Source of the DNA: Octopus vulgaris | Lineage: Eukaryota | DNA: 64,000 nucleotides | Assembly (NCBI GenBank): GCA_951406725.2 | Contig: OX597825.1 | Span: 22,878,001 to 22,942,000, forward strand | Reading direction: 5' to 3' | Part shown: one piece after another, positions 38,540 through 52,607 of the stretch | How the letters are laid out: every line of letters begins with the position of its first letter | How positions within the stretch are numbered: position 1 is the first letter of the stretch | The notes under the pieces: model-generated | Told to the model about the DNA's origin: nothing | The model's database searches: none | What the model saw: only the letters and a program-made list of their open reading frames with translations | Made by a program: the position numbers and the translations under genes

Positions 38540-38938
38540 AGTCTCTTCTACTCTAGACATACGGCCTTAAATTTTGGGGGAGGCGGCTAGACCAATATAT
38601 CGACCCCAGAACGTACCTAGTACTTAATTTATTGAACCCTGAAAGGATGAAAGGCAAAGTCTACCTCGGCGGAATTTGAACTCAGTACGTATTGGCAGAC
38701 GAAATACCTATTTCTTTACTACCCACAAGGGGCTAATCACAGAGGGAACAAACAAGGACCGACAAATGTATTAAGTCGATTATATCGACTCCAGTGCGTA
38801 ACAGCTACTTAATTTATCGACTCCGAAAGGATGAAAGGCAAAGTCGACCTCGGTGGAATTTGAACTCAGAACATAGCGGCAGACGAAATACCACTAAGCA
38901 TTTTGCCCGACGTGCTAACGTTTCTACCAGCTCGCCGC
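38540..38938 (-). mobile_element. Dimeric SINE family 2
   Basis: Same dimer layout as 12828-13220 in reverse orientation. Confidence 0.9.
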
Positions 38939-40221
38939 GTTATAGAGCATCATATATTGCAAATAAGTGGAATGAAACGACTCAGTCAGTGACCAGTCCT
39001 CATTGTAGTATCAAGGTTTTGTTTTACAAACACATTGCCATTTTATCGCTGAAGACACTTAAAGAACGTTGCAGTGATTACAGAGGAATTTTATTGATTA
39101 CTGTATCTTTGTTGGTCGCGCAACCAAATGCTATACCTAGAATCAAATATGAAAAAAAAAGCCATATGTACACAGAAAAGATTTAAAACAACATAAACAA
39201 TGAAACTCACAGTGACAGAATAAAAAGAGAAATATATGCAAAAATGTGTTATTATTTTGTATAGAGAAAAAGAACGAAACATTGACAATGTCTTGAAGCG
39301 AAGAAAGAAAGAAAATATTTGAAGATAATTTTGTTTTCTTTTATATTTGTATAATTTGTTTTTCACTGTCTTATTGATAAATGAATATATAAAAAATAAA
39401 CTGACATAGAATATCTGATACAATTACTTGTAGATAAATGTATTACGAAAGAATGGATTAGTGAAAGCGAAAATATTTTTTTATCGTATATTATTCATAA
39501 TTTTTGCTCTCCGTTACCAACAAATGCAACCCATTTGAAATCCATATGAAATTCCCAAATACACAAATCGACAAATATTTACTTTGTGCATAAATGAAAA
39601 CCAAGGAAGGCGAATAATTATATCAATGTACACAGAGTAAATTTATGTTGAGTCGAATTGGCAACTCGGTATCAGTTTTTGTATGAAGCCATCTTAATTC
39701 GTTTATGTTTTTGATAAAGGGTACAGCTATCAACGGAACAATATTTCATTGCAGCACTCATGGAATAATTTACAGTTCAGCAGTAATTCTGACGTTATGT
39801 ATGGGATAAAAACAAACGATACGCAGATCATTAACGAAGATTCTCTCACTAGAATGATACAAATTAGTTATCATTGACAATATGTCCCTCAGCACACTTA
39901 ACGCTACCGGAATGCCTTCCGGTCTTCTGCACTCGCTGGGTCTATATTAAGTACTAGCAAGCTCATCACATGATCCTCTCTTTCTATATGTCATGTCTAC
40001 TCTTTCAGTCCTAAACTTCCCCCTCTATTTGTCTTGTTCTCTCACACATACACACACGTATTCACACACATACACACACACATGTACACACATACAAACA
40101 CACACACAAAACACTCAGGCACACACACATTCATGCAATATACATTAACCAATAACTGCTTGATTGTTATACAATTTCCAGAAGCCTTTTCTAGTCCATA
40201 GTTGTAACAGTGAAGCAATCT

Positions 40222-40533
40222 CTTTACTCTCTTTTACTCTTTTACTTGTTTCAGTCATTTAACTGAGGCCATACTGGAGCACTGCCTTTAGACGAGCAAA
40301 TCGACCCCAGGACTTATTCTTTGTAAGTCTAGTACTTATTCTATCGCTCTCTTTTGCTGAACCGCTAAGTTACGGTGACGTATACACACTAGCATCGGTT
40401 GTCAAGCGATGTTTGGGGGACAAACACAGACACACAAACGTATACATACACACATACATATATACGACAGGCTTCTTTCAGTTTCCGTCTACCAAATCCA
40501 CTCCCAAGGCTTTGGTCGGCTCGAGGCTATAGT
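40222..40533 (-). mobile_element. SINE family 1, 5'-truncated
   Basis: ctcttttactcttttacttgtttcagtcattt..tttcagtttccgtctaccaaatcc. Confidence 0.9.
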
Positions 40534-40589
40534 CGAGTGAGGGAAAACTCGACAGCTTAGTCCAGTCTGTCCGTATTTTTTTTCACATG

Positions 40590-40970
40590 GTGATAAGACT
40601 TGGAAAACTTGTCAGAAAAGAAGGCAAATGCATATCAAGTGGTGAGATGTTGAAGGCGATTGAAACCGAATCCAATTATAAATACCTACAAATACTTGAG
40701 GTAGATGTGGAATCAAGCAAAATGTTATGACAGAAAAGACAAAGAAAGAGTATCGACGGGGATTGAGAAAAATATTAGACAAAATTTGATTTCGGCAATA
40801 ATATTGTATGCAGTCGCTGGGGTTCAGTATAACGCGGGTATTCTGCAGTTGAGAGCGGGTGAGTTAAAGGAGCTGTAAAGGAAGATAAGACACGAAGGGA
40901 GCAAATGGAGTAAGAAGACTGATAAATGTGGGAGATTTCGTACGTATCGAACTCGGCAGCTTACTGACAC
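40590..40970 (+). pseudogene. Decayed RT-thumb fragment of RLE-type LINE
   Basis: YKYLQILEVD..EKTKKEYRRGLRKIL..YNAGILQ..ELKEL*RKIR. Confidence 0.65.
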
Positions 40971-41210
40971 TTTACTCAACTCTAATCTCTAAATAAATCT
41001 TTTTTTCTCCACATTGTCTTTTCTCTGTCCATATTATTCTTGAGAAGTTAAAATGAATATTGACTACTTTAGACACTAATATAAAGCACATTTTCTTACG
41101 TAACCTTGTCTTTGTCTTTAGAAGTTATATATTGATGTGACAGGAATTTCAACGACAAATTCTAGGCTGTCGAATGAACATATAAACGCTCTTACATCTG
41201 CTAGAAATAA

Positions 41211-41880
41211 GACGGCGAGCTGGCAGAAACGTTAGAACGCCGGGAGAAATGCTTAGCGGTATTTCGTCTGCCGTTACGTTCTGAGTTAAAATTCTGCCAA
41301 GGTCGACTTTGCCTTTCATCCTTTCGGGGTCGATTAAATATATTTCTTTACTACCCACAAGGGGCTAAACACAGAGAGGGGACAAACAAGGACAGACAAA
41401 CGGATTAAGTCGATTACATCGACCCTAGTGCGTAACTGGTACTTTATTTATCGACCCCGAAATGATGAAAGGCAAAGTGGACCTCGGCGGAATTTGAACC
41501 CAGAACGTAACGGCAGACGAAATACGGCTACGCATTTCGCCCGGCGTGCTAACGTTTCTGCCAGCTCGCCGCCTTCCTTAAATAAGTTCCAGTTACGCAC
41601 TGGGGTCGATATAATCGCCTTAATCCATCTGTCTCTCCTTGTTCGTCTCCTCTGTGTTCAGCCCCTTGTGGGTAGTAAAGAAATAGGCATTTCATCTGCC
41701 GCTACGTTCTGAGTTCAAATTCCGCCAAGGTCGACTTTGCCTTTCATCCTTTCGGGGTCGATAAATTAAGTTCCAGTTACGCACTCGGGTCGATATAATC
41801 GACTTAATCCATCTGTCTCTCCTTGTTTGTCTCCTCTATGTTTAGCCCTTTGTGACCAATAAAGAAATAAGAAATAAGTG
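41211..41880. mobile_element. Cluster of SINE family 2 pieces in +/-/+ orientation
   Basis: Plus head 41211-41340, minus monomer 41341-41574, plus continuation 41580-41878 resuming at the break point. Confidence 0.88.
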
Positions 41881-42276
41881 GGGAAGATTTAAAGTTCTGA
41901 TGCATATTGTCGGTCTCCATATTATATCTTCAGACTCATATTGATTCGGCATGATATTAGGTAGAAATATTGTTTACTGTTTCCAGCGGTCATTTGGCAG
42001 CACTTTTACAGGATAGACCAAACAAACACCGTGATATTACCAAAACAAACAATGGTATCATACAGTTGCAAATATAACTTGTACTTTGATCAATATCTTC
42101 CACAAACTTTGCTTAAACTTATGACTATAATCAGAATTATTATTTAAGTGGTGAGATGTCAGAATTGTTAGCGCTCCGACTAAAATGCTTAATGGTAGCT
42201 GCTCCCCGTATTTACGCTCTGACTTCAAATTCCGCCTCTCAGATCATCTTTGCTTTCATCCGTTCAGAGTAGTACT

Positions 42277-42327
<51 letters not shown>

Positions 42328-42501
42328 ACATGCACATACATCTATACATATATACATACTTACATTGAAAATAGATTATGATCAACACAAGGAGCCACAA
42401 AGAGCCAAAGAATGTTAACAAAAGGTGTAACTCTGAGTCGAAGTGGCTTCCCGTTCAGTACTAGGCTGGCCTAACCTCTAAGCTATTCGGGTTGTATCAT
42501 C

Positions 42502-42502
<1 letters not shown>

Positions 42503-42552
<50 letters not shown>

Positions 42553-42562
42553 CAGTAGTAGT

Positions 42563-42597
<35 letters not shown>

Positions 42598-42634
42598 TAG
42601 TAGTAGCAGTAGTAGTAGTAGTAGTAGTAGTAGT

Positions 42635-42669
<35 letters not shown>

Positions 42670-42670
42670 C

Positions 42671-42727
<57 letters not shown>
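42503..42727. repeat. (TAG)n/(CAG)n compound microsatellite
   Basis: Directly visible; source of the poly-V/A and poly-Y/C ORFs. Confidence 0.97.
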
Positions 42728-42734
42728 TAAAGAA

Positions 42735-43025
42735 ACGACAGTATAAAAACAGGTTTAGAGTGTCAACAGTTTTGACGGATATCAACTGGAAAATAAATTT
42801 TCTGGCATAATCTTTCGCCGGACATGTGTTTAGAAGAAAGGACAATAAATGAAATAGCAAATTGAAAAGAGTGGACAACATATCCAGAAAAAAAGGACAA
42901 GACCGATCAGAAGTTGGAATGATGACTTTGCTAAATTCATTGGTTCCCAAACATGGGTGAGGAAAGCATCAAACTGTGGTTGGTGGGAGGAACATGCTGA
43001 GGCATTCGTCCAGCATTGGACTAAA
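42735..43025 (+). pseudogene. 3' end remnant of RTE-clade LINE
   Basis: FAGHVFRRKDNK*NSKL..EW..RKKG(Q)RP.RSWNDDFAKF..WEEHAEAFVQHWT. Confidence 0.75.
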
Positions 43026-43086
43026 TATGAGCAAGGATGGATATATCAATAGTGGAGTCACTCTGCTTTGCCCGGGTGCCCAATAT

Positions 43087-43470
43087 TCTTTTATTCTTTT
43101 ATTTGTTTCAATAACCTGAATGTGGCCATGCTGGAGCACCGCCTTTAATCAAACAAACCTAACCCAGGACTTAATTTTTGTGAGCTTAGTACTTAATGTA
43201 CGGGTCACTTTTGCCGAACTCCTAAGTTACGGGGACGTAAACACACCAACATCGGTTTTCAAGTGATGGTAGGGGGGACATACACAATCACACAAGCACA
43301 CAGACACATACATATGTGTGCGTGTGTGCGTGTGTGTGTGTGTATGTGCTTCCGTCTACCAAATCCACTCACAATGCTTTGGTCGACCCGAGGCTATAGT
43401 AAAAGACACTTGCCCAAGATGCCACGCAGTGGGAATGAACCCAGAACCATGTGGTTGGAGAACAAGCTTC
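43087..43470 (-). mobile_element. SINE family 1 (diverged)
   Basis: ggccatgctggagcaccgcc..gccacgcagtgggaatgaacccagaaccatgtgg. Confidence 0.85.
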
Positions 43471-43528
43471 TAAGCAGAAACTTTTCTTTTTGTAAAAATT
43501 AAAAAATTGTTACATATTGTTTTTTGTA

Positions 43529-43573
<45 letters not shown>

Positions 43574-43575
43574 CA

Positions 43576-43646
<71 letters not shown>

Positions 43647-43655
43647 GCATGTATG

Positions 43656-43711
<56 letters not shown>

Positions 43712-44564
43712 AATGGAGGCACACGTTATGTTTTCTAGATTTCTTGTCTTTTCCCATTTTTCTTTTCTTTGTTTTTGTTGTTGTTTGGTGTGTCAATTTT
43801 CTGAGATTGTGAATATCGGTAAGTGCAATCTTGAGAGCTAAGGTAGTAATATCATTACGATTTAATTCGTGTGTTTTTTGTTGAATAAGAATACTCAACA
43901 CTTAAGACAGAAATGTGTTTTATTCAATAAAGGACTCCAGGGAAAACGATATTTCTTACTCTGTAGTTTAATAGCTTATTACACGTACATCTACTTCTCA
44001 AGTATGTTAGAATGCAACATTGAGTTGGCCGTGAGAGAAATATGGACTTGTTTGTTCAACTTCAGCGAGCCCGAGGCACTTTCAGGAAGTTTATTGATAG
44101 TTATAGAAAACAGAAAACCTTCGAAACTGAATGTGTTTGGTATCTGATGGGATTTGTTGACTGCGTGGAATGAAAGCACCGTATCTCGCATAACCAGTTA
44201 TAATGATGGCTTCGCTCCTACAGAACATAAAAGTTTTGACATCGAATTTTGTATCGTCACAAGAGTTTGGTGCATCCAAATTTCGCTGCAACACAATAGG
44301 TGCACCTAGTAATAATTTCAGGAGGACACAAGGAGGCTAAAAAGAATGTAGGATCTCTGTTGGATAGTCTTAATCATTGTTACCGCTAATTAAAGAGCAA
44401 AATTTTTACAATTTTAATTCGGTTGTTGCCTGTTGTATGGTGGTCGCTTTAATATTCCGCACGATATCATTTTTTGAAGAAGGCATGACGCTTTCAGCAA
44501 TACATTAATGGCTTCTATATATTGTGAGAAGCTGGAATAATCTTTCAGTGAAACGTATTGTGGC

Positions 44565-44892
44565 AGGGGCATGGTGGTGTGACTAAGACGCTCGCTTTAC
44601 AACTAGGTGATCGGAAGTTCAATCTACAGTTTGTTACCTCGGGCAATTGTCATCTATTATAGACCTTAGCTGACCAATGAGGGAATGCGACAGACAGAAA
44701 CTGTGCGGAACCCCATCATATATATGATTGTGTGTGTGTATTTGTGATTGTGTTTCTCCACCACTACAGCTTTACAGTCGGTGTTTGTATGTTTACGTCC
44801 CCGTAAGTGGGCGGGTTGGCAAATGTTATCGTTAGAATAAGTACCTTAACTAAAATAATTATTGGGTCGATTTATTCGAATAACACCTTAAA
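44565..44892 (+). mobile_element. Old SINE family 1 relative
   Basis: acctcgggcaattgtc..gacagaaactg..gtttacgtccccgtaag..agaataagtacc..gggtcgattta. Confidence 0.6.
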
Positions 44893-44901
44893 GGAAGAGG
44901 C

Positions 44902-45426
44902 CTAGAATGTGTCAATCCAATTACAGAAACCAGTAAAAAAAATAAGAGATATATCGATGATAGTATTAAAATTATTTTGTTTCGTATTTACATCTACTCT
45001 CTCAAATCTGATATCTGGTCTCTGTTCCCATACAAATGAAGCTAAAACTATCGAAACTGGTCCTCTGCCTGGATCTGTTTCAAATGGAACTTTGATGTTA
45101 ATAGTAATAGGAAATCTTTCTCCTCTTCTATAGATATAGGATTTGTTGCGGCATATTTTCAACTTACCCTTGATTATTGGAGAGCAATTCCATGGCAGAA
45201 CCCATTATGTTAAATTACTTCTCAGATCTGTAAGAGTACTGTGATGGATTATGACCCCATGCGATAATCTGCTTGGGAACGTCTGCTGTCCAGATCCTTT
45301 GGCAACATCGCACACAACAATGTTACTGTGTGCAAGTTTGAATAGTAATTTAGAAGAAAAAATAATTAGAAGTGCTGCCGACAGGGAGAGATTACTATAA
45401 TTCCGGATGAGACCCGTTTTAGTCAA
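44902..45426 (-). other. Near-open 175-codon minus-strand frame with one internal stop; either a decayed LINE ORF1 or a region containing a short exon
   Basis: ORFs 45205..45426 and 44902..45162 are in the same frame, separated by a single TAA; identity uncertain. Confidence 0.3.
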
Positions 45427-45727
45427 GCAACTTTTTTGCTAGGAATATCCTTATACATCTCATACAATTACACCCTTATTTAAAAGAGAAAAAAGATGGG
45501 GATGAGAATTGATGATGTCGACAGTGAAAAAGATGATGCTGCTGATTATGATGATGATGATGATGATGATGACGATGATGATGATGAGGTGGAGGAGGAG
45601 GATACCGTAACCACCATAATTAACTGAGAATTGTTCTAATATAATATCAATATCGAATACATATTTATGGTAATTAAGCCAGTCGCATCTCTGGATCAAG
45701 AGCGTAAATACACACACATACATGCAC

Positions 45728-45785
<58 letters not shown>

Positions 45786-45844
45786 GCACACATTCATAAG
45801 TACTCGCACACATACATGCACACGCACTCTCTCTCACACAAACT

Positions 45845-45919
<75 letters not shown>

Positions 45920-46499
45920 ACAAGAGACATACACATACGCACACATATACATGTGTGATTACTAACATTTAGAAATTGTTTTAGAAAGTTTTATAAAAAT
46001 GAGAAAATTAGTTTATCCTGATTTTTAAATCTCATCTGGTTTTAATTACATTAATTGTACTAATTACAATGATGGAAAATCATCAAAACCGTAAAGAAAA
46101 ATAAATGCTTCACAATATTCTCCACGTTTGACTAACATCAAAGTTTCGTATCTGACTAGAATCGGTTTTACCTTTCATCTTTCCTGGTAGTAGAATAATG
46201 AATTCTTTTGTATTATAAATATAGACAACAGCCTACCGTTAATTATTAAATTCAATTTACTAAACCAATCGTTTCAGTTTTCGCTTTAGCCTTTATATAC
46301 GTAAAATAAATCAATACTTCATATGCAGACCAATTAAATAAATAGATTTTTATAGCAAACAATTGTATAGAAAGCTTCAATTTAAACAATCTTCGTCATA
46401 TTTTGTTGAGAATAGTATTGTCGTTATTATTTGGAATAACTTCTCTTTTTTTCTGTTTGGAGTGGAAAGGGAAAAAAAATATCAGTGAAAACAAAAAGG

Positions 46500-46562
<63 letters not shown>

Positions 46563-46660
46563 GTATACAAAATCACCTTGAATAAATATCAATAAAATTT
46601 TTTTCAGATTTTACGAATTCTTATTTTACTTTTGTTGATAACACGTTTATTCGTTTGATA

Positions 46661-46757
<97 letters not shown>

Positions 46758-46799
46758 ACACACTAACACACACCCATTACAACATACATACATGCTTAC

Positions 46800-46843
<44 letters not shown>

Positions 46844-47334
46844 TATACATACATGTATATATACGTATATATATATATATGCAAGTATGTATGCATATAT
46901 TTAGATACGGGTCTTTGTATGTAAATATATATATATATATAGAGAGAGAGAGAGGCAGAGGGGGAGAGACAGACAGAGACAGGCAGGGTGAAAGGCAGAG
47001 ACAGAAAAAAGAGAGGGAGATTTTCATTACACTTGAGAAAAATAGGATTTATCAAGTTTGGTATGTGATAAATTGAAAACAGAATTCTAAGATAAATTGA
47101 AAACAAGTTTTATTTGAAGCTTCTATCCGCGTATGCAAAGAACACATGAGCGCATCAACACATGCTTAAATATATATATACAACATACACACATATACAT
47201 AGACACATACACAACTACACCTACACATGCACATACGCATGCACACATACATGCATTCACACACTCTCACACACATACTTCTTGTGTCTATATATGTATG
47301 CATGTATCTATCTCTCTATCTCTCTCTCTATCTA

Positions 47335-47406
<72 letters not shown>

Positions 47407-47431
47407 TAGATAGATATATAGCTATATATAT

Positions 47432-47479
<48 letters not shown>

Positions 47480-47607
47480 CCTTTAATGTAATATGTATAT
47501 GTAGTTATATGCGTACATACATACACGTGCATAAAATATATATATGCATATATACATGTACCTGTGTCTACATGTATATGTATATATATAAATACATGCA
47601 TATCTGC

Positions 47608-47657
<50 letters not shown>

Positions 47658-47839
47658 CATATATATATATATATATATTATATACAAACTAGATCCAAGG
47701 CTCCTTTATTGGAATTTCAACATTAACAACGTGGTATTTTTGTTTGTATGTATGTATATATGTATATGCAGATTTGTATGTTTTATATGTATATGTATTC
47801 ACGTGGATATATTTGCATATCTAGATATGCTCTTATATA

Positions 47840-48785
47840 TTTAAATTATAAACTTCTGGAAAGTTTTACAGATTTTTAACGTTCCCGTGATGGATTGGAT
47901 CTGTAGTTTTCGAATTCACTTTCTCCTTTCTGGTTTTGAGAAGCCTAATTTCTCAAGATGGATATTTAGGTAGTGTGTTACATATCTCAATAATTAAAGC
48001 GGCCCAATAATTACAGGAATAAACCTGAACTTGTAATCTGGGTAGAGCAACTGCAGATTTCTCAATAGTTCAGCATAGATGTTCTATTTTTCACTGACCT
48101 TCAGTTTTATGTTAGCATCCGCTGAGAAGCTAATTTCCACAACTGTCCAGTTTCCCTTCTCCATCCCAAATCATTATATCAGGTCTGTTTTACTTACGTT
48201 TTATTGAAGGCTTCGCCGGTACATTCCACCGGTATTCCTTTTTATTAGCTTCTACCTCATTGTGGGTTCTTATTTCTTTACCCTCGGGATTAACATTCCG
48301 ACGTATTTTATTATAGAGTGTCCTAGCTACAACATCATGTCTCATCGGTAGATAATGCTGCGATGACATTTTCGGACAACTACTTATGATGTGCGTGATA
48401 TCGTCAGTGTGAACTCCACTTTTCCATAATCTCGACTCCTTTTGTGCATCAGGTACTTGGGTGATATTTCCTGTTCCTGGGTTGCAAACGCATACCCTTC
48501 AAATTGGTAGGAAGTAATCCAGCTATAGGTCCATGATAGTCTGCTTTGATAATCGATGTTACTATCATCATGGAGCTTTCTACAGACATGTTCATGAATA
48601 GACCTCTGCTCATATAGGCTCATCCTTTCGTCTGACGATACGTTGCGGTAGAGTCATGTGACTTTCTTCGGCATGTATTCTAGGCTATGAGACAAAGAGT
48701 GTTGCTCAAGGAGCTGCCTTCCAAGTCTCATGGTTGTATCAGCTTTATGTATGCAAACTTAGTCAAGGGATTCACTTAAACACTT
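47840..48785 (-). pseudogene. R4/Dong-like LINE family C, ~0.9-kb 3' remnant
   Basis: FEGYAFATQEQEISPKYL, ISSCPKMSSQHYLPMRHDVVA, RPDIMIW, VVEISF.AD, RFIPVIIG. Confidence 0.85.
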
Positions 48786-48877
48786 GGTAGTTAGTAGATG
48801 TATGTATGTATGTATGCATGCATTTATCTATTTATGTAATCAAATATGCATGCATGTATATGTGTATGTACGTGTAC

Positions 48878-48965
<88 letters not shown>

Positions 48966-49249
48966 GTACATACATGCAGCGATACAGATATAAAAAGACA
49001 CATGACGCTATTTCAAAACTAAATTGCAGTTTCTAGTATTGTACTCGTGGATGCTTGATTAGAAACAAATTTTTAATTAATTATCTTCATGTAATTTAGT
49101 ATACTGAATCTCCGTTCTCTATTTATTTATGCTAATAGCTTTGCTTTCATTTGATTATTTGGATTTATTTTAAACTACGAAGTAAAACGTTTAATAAAAC
49201 AATTCGAACAAGACGTTTTATTGAATAAGGTCAAAGTGAAACGAAAATT

Positions 49250-50120
49250 GACTTCACTGCTTTCTATTGCTGTCAAATATTTTGCGAAGAAACCGTCATC
49301 GAGTGTACGTACATTTTATCAACTGAATTAATACAGGTGTATGCAAAATCACTGACGAGTTTGCAGAAGAAATAAACGATTTTAGTGGTTGTTCTTCGTT
49401 CGCTCCACCTTGGAAAGTTGAAGTATCTGTTTCTTTATTACCCACATGGGGCTAAACACAGAGGGGACAAACAAGGACAGACAAATGGATCAAGTCGATT
49501 ACATCGATCCCAGTGCGTAACTGGTACTTTATTTATCAACCCCCAAAGGATGAAAGGCAAAGTCGACCTCGGCGGAATTTGAACTTAGAACGTAACGGCA
49601 GACGAAATACGGCTACGCATTTCGCCCAGCGTGCTAACGATTCTGCCAGCTCGTATCGCCGAACATGGAAATCACTTAATCAGAAAAAAGAATTGTTTAA
49701 AAAACAAAATGACACGAGGAAGTTTGTTCTGCGGTTCGCTTGTGCAACGATGCAATATCTTCCCTTGATCGAGTCGTGACAGGAAATGAAAATGGATTCT
49801 TCAGATCCGTTAACGACAATCTACGCCGTGGGTTGACGGGGGGTGGTGGAAGTACCTAAACATTTTATCAAACCGCAGCTACATCTAAAAGTTTCGGTAA
49901 ATGTTTGGTTGCCAGTAAATGAAATCATCAATAAATATTTCTTCAATGCTAGCGAAATGTTCGAATTAGGAAATTTGTGTGAAGTAATCGACAAAGTATG
50001 CTTATAAAGGCAATGTTTACATCCATCATTAGCCAATGGAAAAAGAGACAATTCTTTTCCATGACAACATTTGATCACATCCCGGAAATCCCTTTTGCAG
50101 AAACTAAACCTAAACACAGA
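49250..50120 (+). pseudogene. Mariner transposase remnant interrupted by a SINE
   Basis: HLGKLK | W.S.LN..LDRVVTGNE(K)WI..PKHFIKPQLHLKVSVNVW matches mariner LDRIVTGDEKW..PKPxLHxKKVMVxVW. Confidence 0.75.
49424..49660 (-). mobile_element. SINE family 2 monomer nested in the mariner remnant
   Basis: Family 2 sequence in reverse orientation. Confidence 0.9.
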
Positions 50121-50588
50121 ATGGCGAAGTCAGTTGCTGAAGAGTTGTTAACATGTTAAAGTTAAGTCAAATACAATAAAAAAAACGGTTTTCCAAACTA
50201 AAGGTCTTCTGTGAATAGTCGACCTGTTCTTTTGTTATGATATATATATATGTGATTATTACAGAGTTTAGGAATTTAACTAAATGCCTCAGTAACAGTT
50301 TTGAAAATGGGGGTTTGCATAACTGGGAAGAACTCTACTAATTAAGAAATTGCAATTACAAACTATCAATAAGTCTGTTTAAAGTGAGCCAGATGTTTAG
50401 CCTGCAGAAATCATAGATACAGTTGTTCAGAGAATAAACATACGTGTATAAACATATACGTAAGTCAAAATATGCAGACACATTGAATGATATCCATGCT
50501 TGAACACATACATATATGTTCAGATCAACACACGCATAATACACACACCGCGAACACACACACACACACACACATACACATACACACA

Positions 50589-50654
<66 letters not shown>

Positions 50655-50704
50655 CGTATATATATACATGTATATACACACACACACACACACATATATA
50701 TATA

Positions 50705-50773
<69 letters not shown>

Positions 50774-50829
50774 AAAATATAGATATAGAGATATATATAG
50801 ATAGCCAGACAGATAGACGTATCGCAACT

Positions 50830-51840
50830 GCAGAGTAGGGTTGAATTAACAACGTTGTCATGCACCTTGGACTTGGTTTGTTGTTTAGGTTCTTGCTTCT
50901 GACGTTCCAGAAGCGACATAGGCAGCTCGAATCCTGTCTGCGATATTTTTCCTGGATTTGACTCTTATGGGAAGGCTGCTTCCAAGACTAGGCACTTCAT
51001 CTTTCTGTTCCAGTTGCTGGTGTTGAAGTTTGGAACGATTGAATGTGGAGTAGGTGTTGCACATATTTTGGTCTTCTCAATTCATTTTATAAGTATTTCA
51101 CTGACACCTGCATTTCGTTTTGAGAACGAACTGGTGATGTTTAAACGCCAGCAGCTTCTAAACTTTCTACGCCTGTATAAATGATTCATACGGCCCAAGC
51201 CGAAGTTCAACCAGGTCACTGAAGACTGCCGCTAATGCCAAAGTTCTCGCTACAGTCAAAGTATCTAGGACCGTTTCTAAGAACACTCTAGCACGCTCCT
51301 AAATATGAGCCTCACTACAGCAGACGATTTTCTTCGAACAGTGCCTCAGTATCCTCTTAGATGTTGAATCCGGCTTCATTTCTTGAATTCAGAGATGCCC
51401 TCAAGAAGATGAAATCATTGCTCCAGAAAACATCAAACTAGAACTCATCAAAAATGGTAATCAGACTTTAATAAGAAGGTGTTTCACTTTTATCTTGAAA
51501 ATGTGAGAGATCCGGATCATACCTATGAGGCCATTCTAACGTATGATCACATAGGTAGGAACATTAAGAAAGGATAGGGCATCATATATGAGAATTACCG
51601 TGGCATAACATTTCTCTCAATATTAGGCAAAATATATGCTGGTATATTGCTCAAGTGTCTCCTCATTGCATCAGGAAAAGTCTTGCCGAAGCGTCTATGA
51701 GAAACATTTGTACGGGATTTTGTGCAGGGCCATCACAGGCGAAATACAGAACACAATAAACTCTCTTCGCGATTCTAATAATTTCGAAAAGACTTTTACC
51801 AGCATGTCATGCACACTTATGTGGTTGGCTCTGGAATGAT
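50830..51840 (+). pseudogene. RTE-clade LINE remnant (pre-RT and RT N-terminus)
   Basis: ELIKNGNQTL..KKG*.ASYENYRGITFLSILGKIYAGILLKCL..KVLP. Confidence 0.75.
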
Positions 51841-52110
51841 TCAGTTGTCGTAATCTGCAGAGATCGTCCGGGCACTCCATGAAGGTGTGCACTTACATAT
51901 GTGTAAGTGTGTATGTCTGTGAGTCTATGTGCGCGCCTGCGTGTTTGTGTGTGCGTGTAAGATACATCTATAAGCATATATAAACGTACGCATATATATA
52001 TGTATGTATGTATACACACACAGACACACACCCACGCATATATATATATATGGATATATATATGTATAAATGTATATATGTGTGTGTGAGTGTGTGTGCG
52101 TGTGTGTGTA

Positions 52111-52244
52111 CACCGGAGTTAGCACAGAAATGCGAAAAAACATGGGGAAAGAGGTACTAGAATCTAAACACAACTGTCTGACGAACGGGAACGTGAAGAT
52201 CCGAGTAACAATTTTTGTGATATTTTTAGTGCTTTTCAATAAAG
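52111..52244. mobile_element. Second copy of the 26391-type Penelope-like terminus, with inverted junction and degenerate hammerhead (52174-52211, + strand)
   Basis: accggagttagcacagaaatgcgaaa resembles 26391; ctgt-CTGACGA-acg-GGAA-cgt-GAAgatccga-GTA-aca; ends aataaag + (TA)n. Confidence 0.7.
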
Positions 52245-52607
52245 TATATGTATATATATATTTGTATATATATATGTGTGTGTGTATAATATATATATAT
52301 GTGTGTGTGTGTGTGTGCGCACGTGTGCGTAAGTATATAATTTAGAGAAAAACCATTAAATAATTCAATAAAGAATGATGTTATTCACACCATATAGAAA
52401 ACATACAATATTAAAAGCCTTATTTTAAATCAATAAAGAGATCGTCGGGGCACTCCATATAGGTGTGCACCAACGGTGTGTTGTCTATATATACGTATGT
52501 GTGCGAGTGTGTGTGTGTCTGTGTGTCTGTGTGTCTGTACTTCTACGTGCGCGCCTGCGTGTTTGTGTGTGCGTGTAAAATAAATACATAAGCATTTATA
52601 TACGTAT

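Noticed and set aside
43869-44294. Overlapping short ORFs in unique sequence
   Set aside because: No motif, no clear splice pair, length compatible with chance
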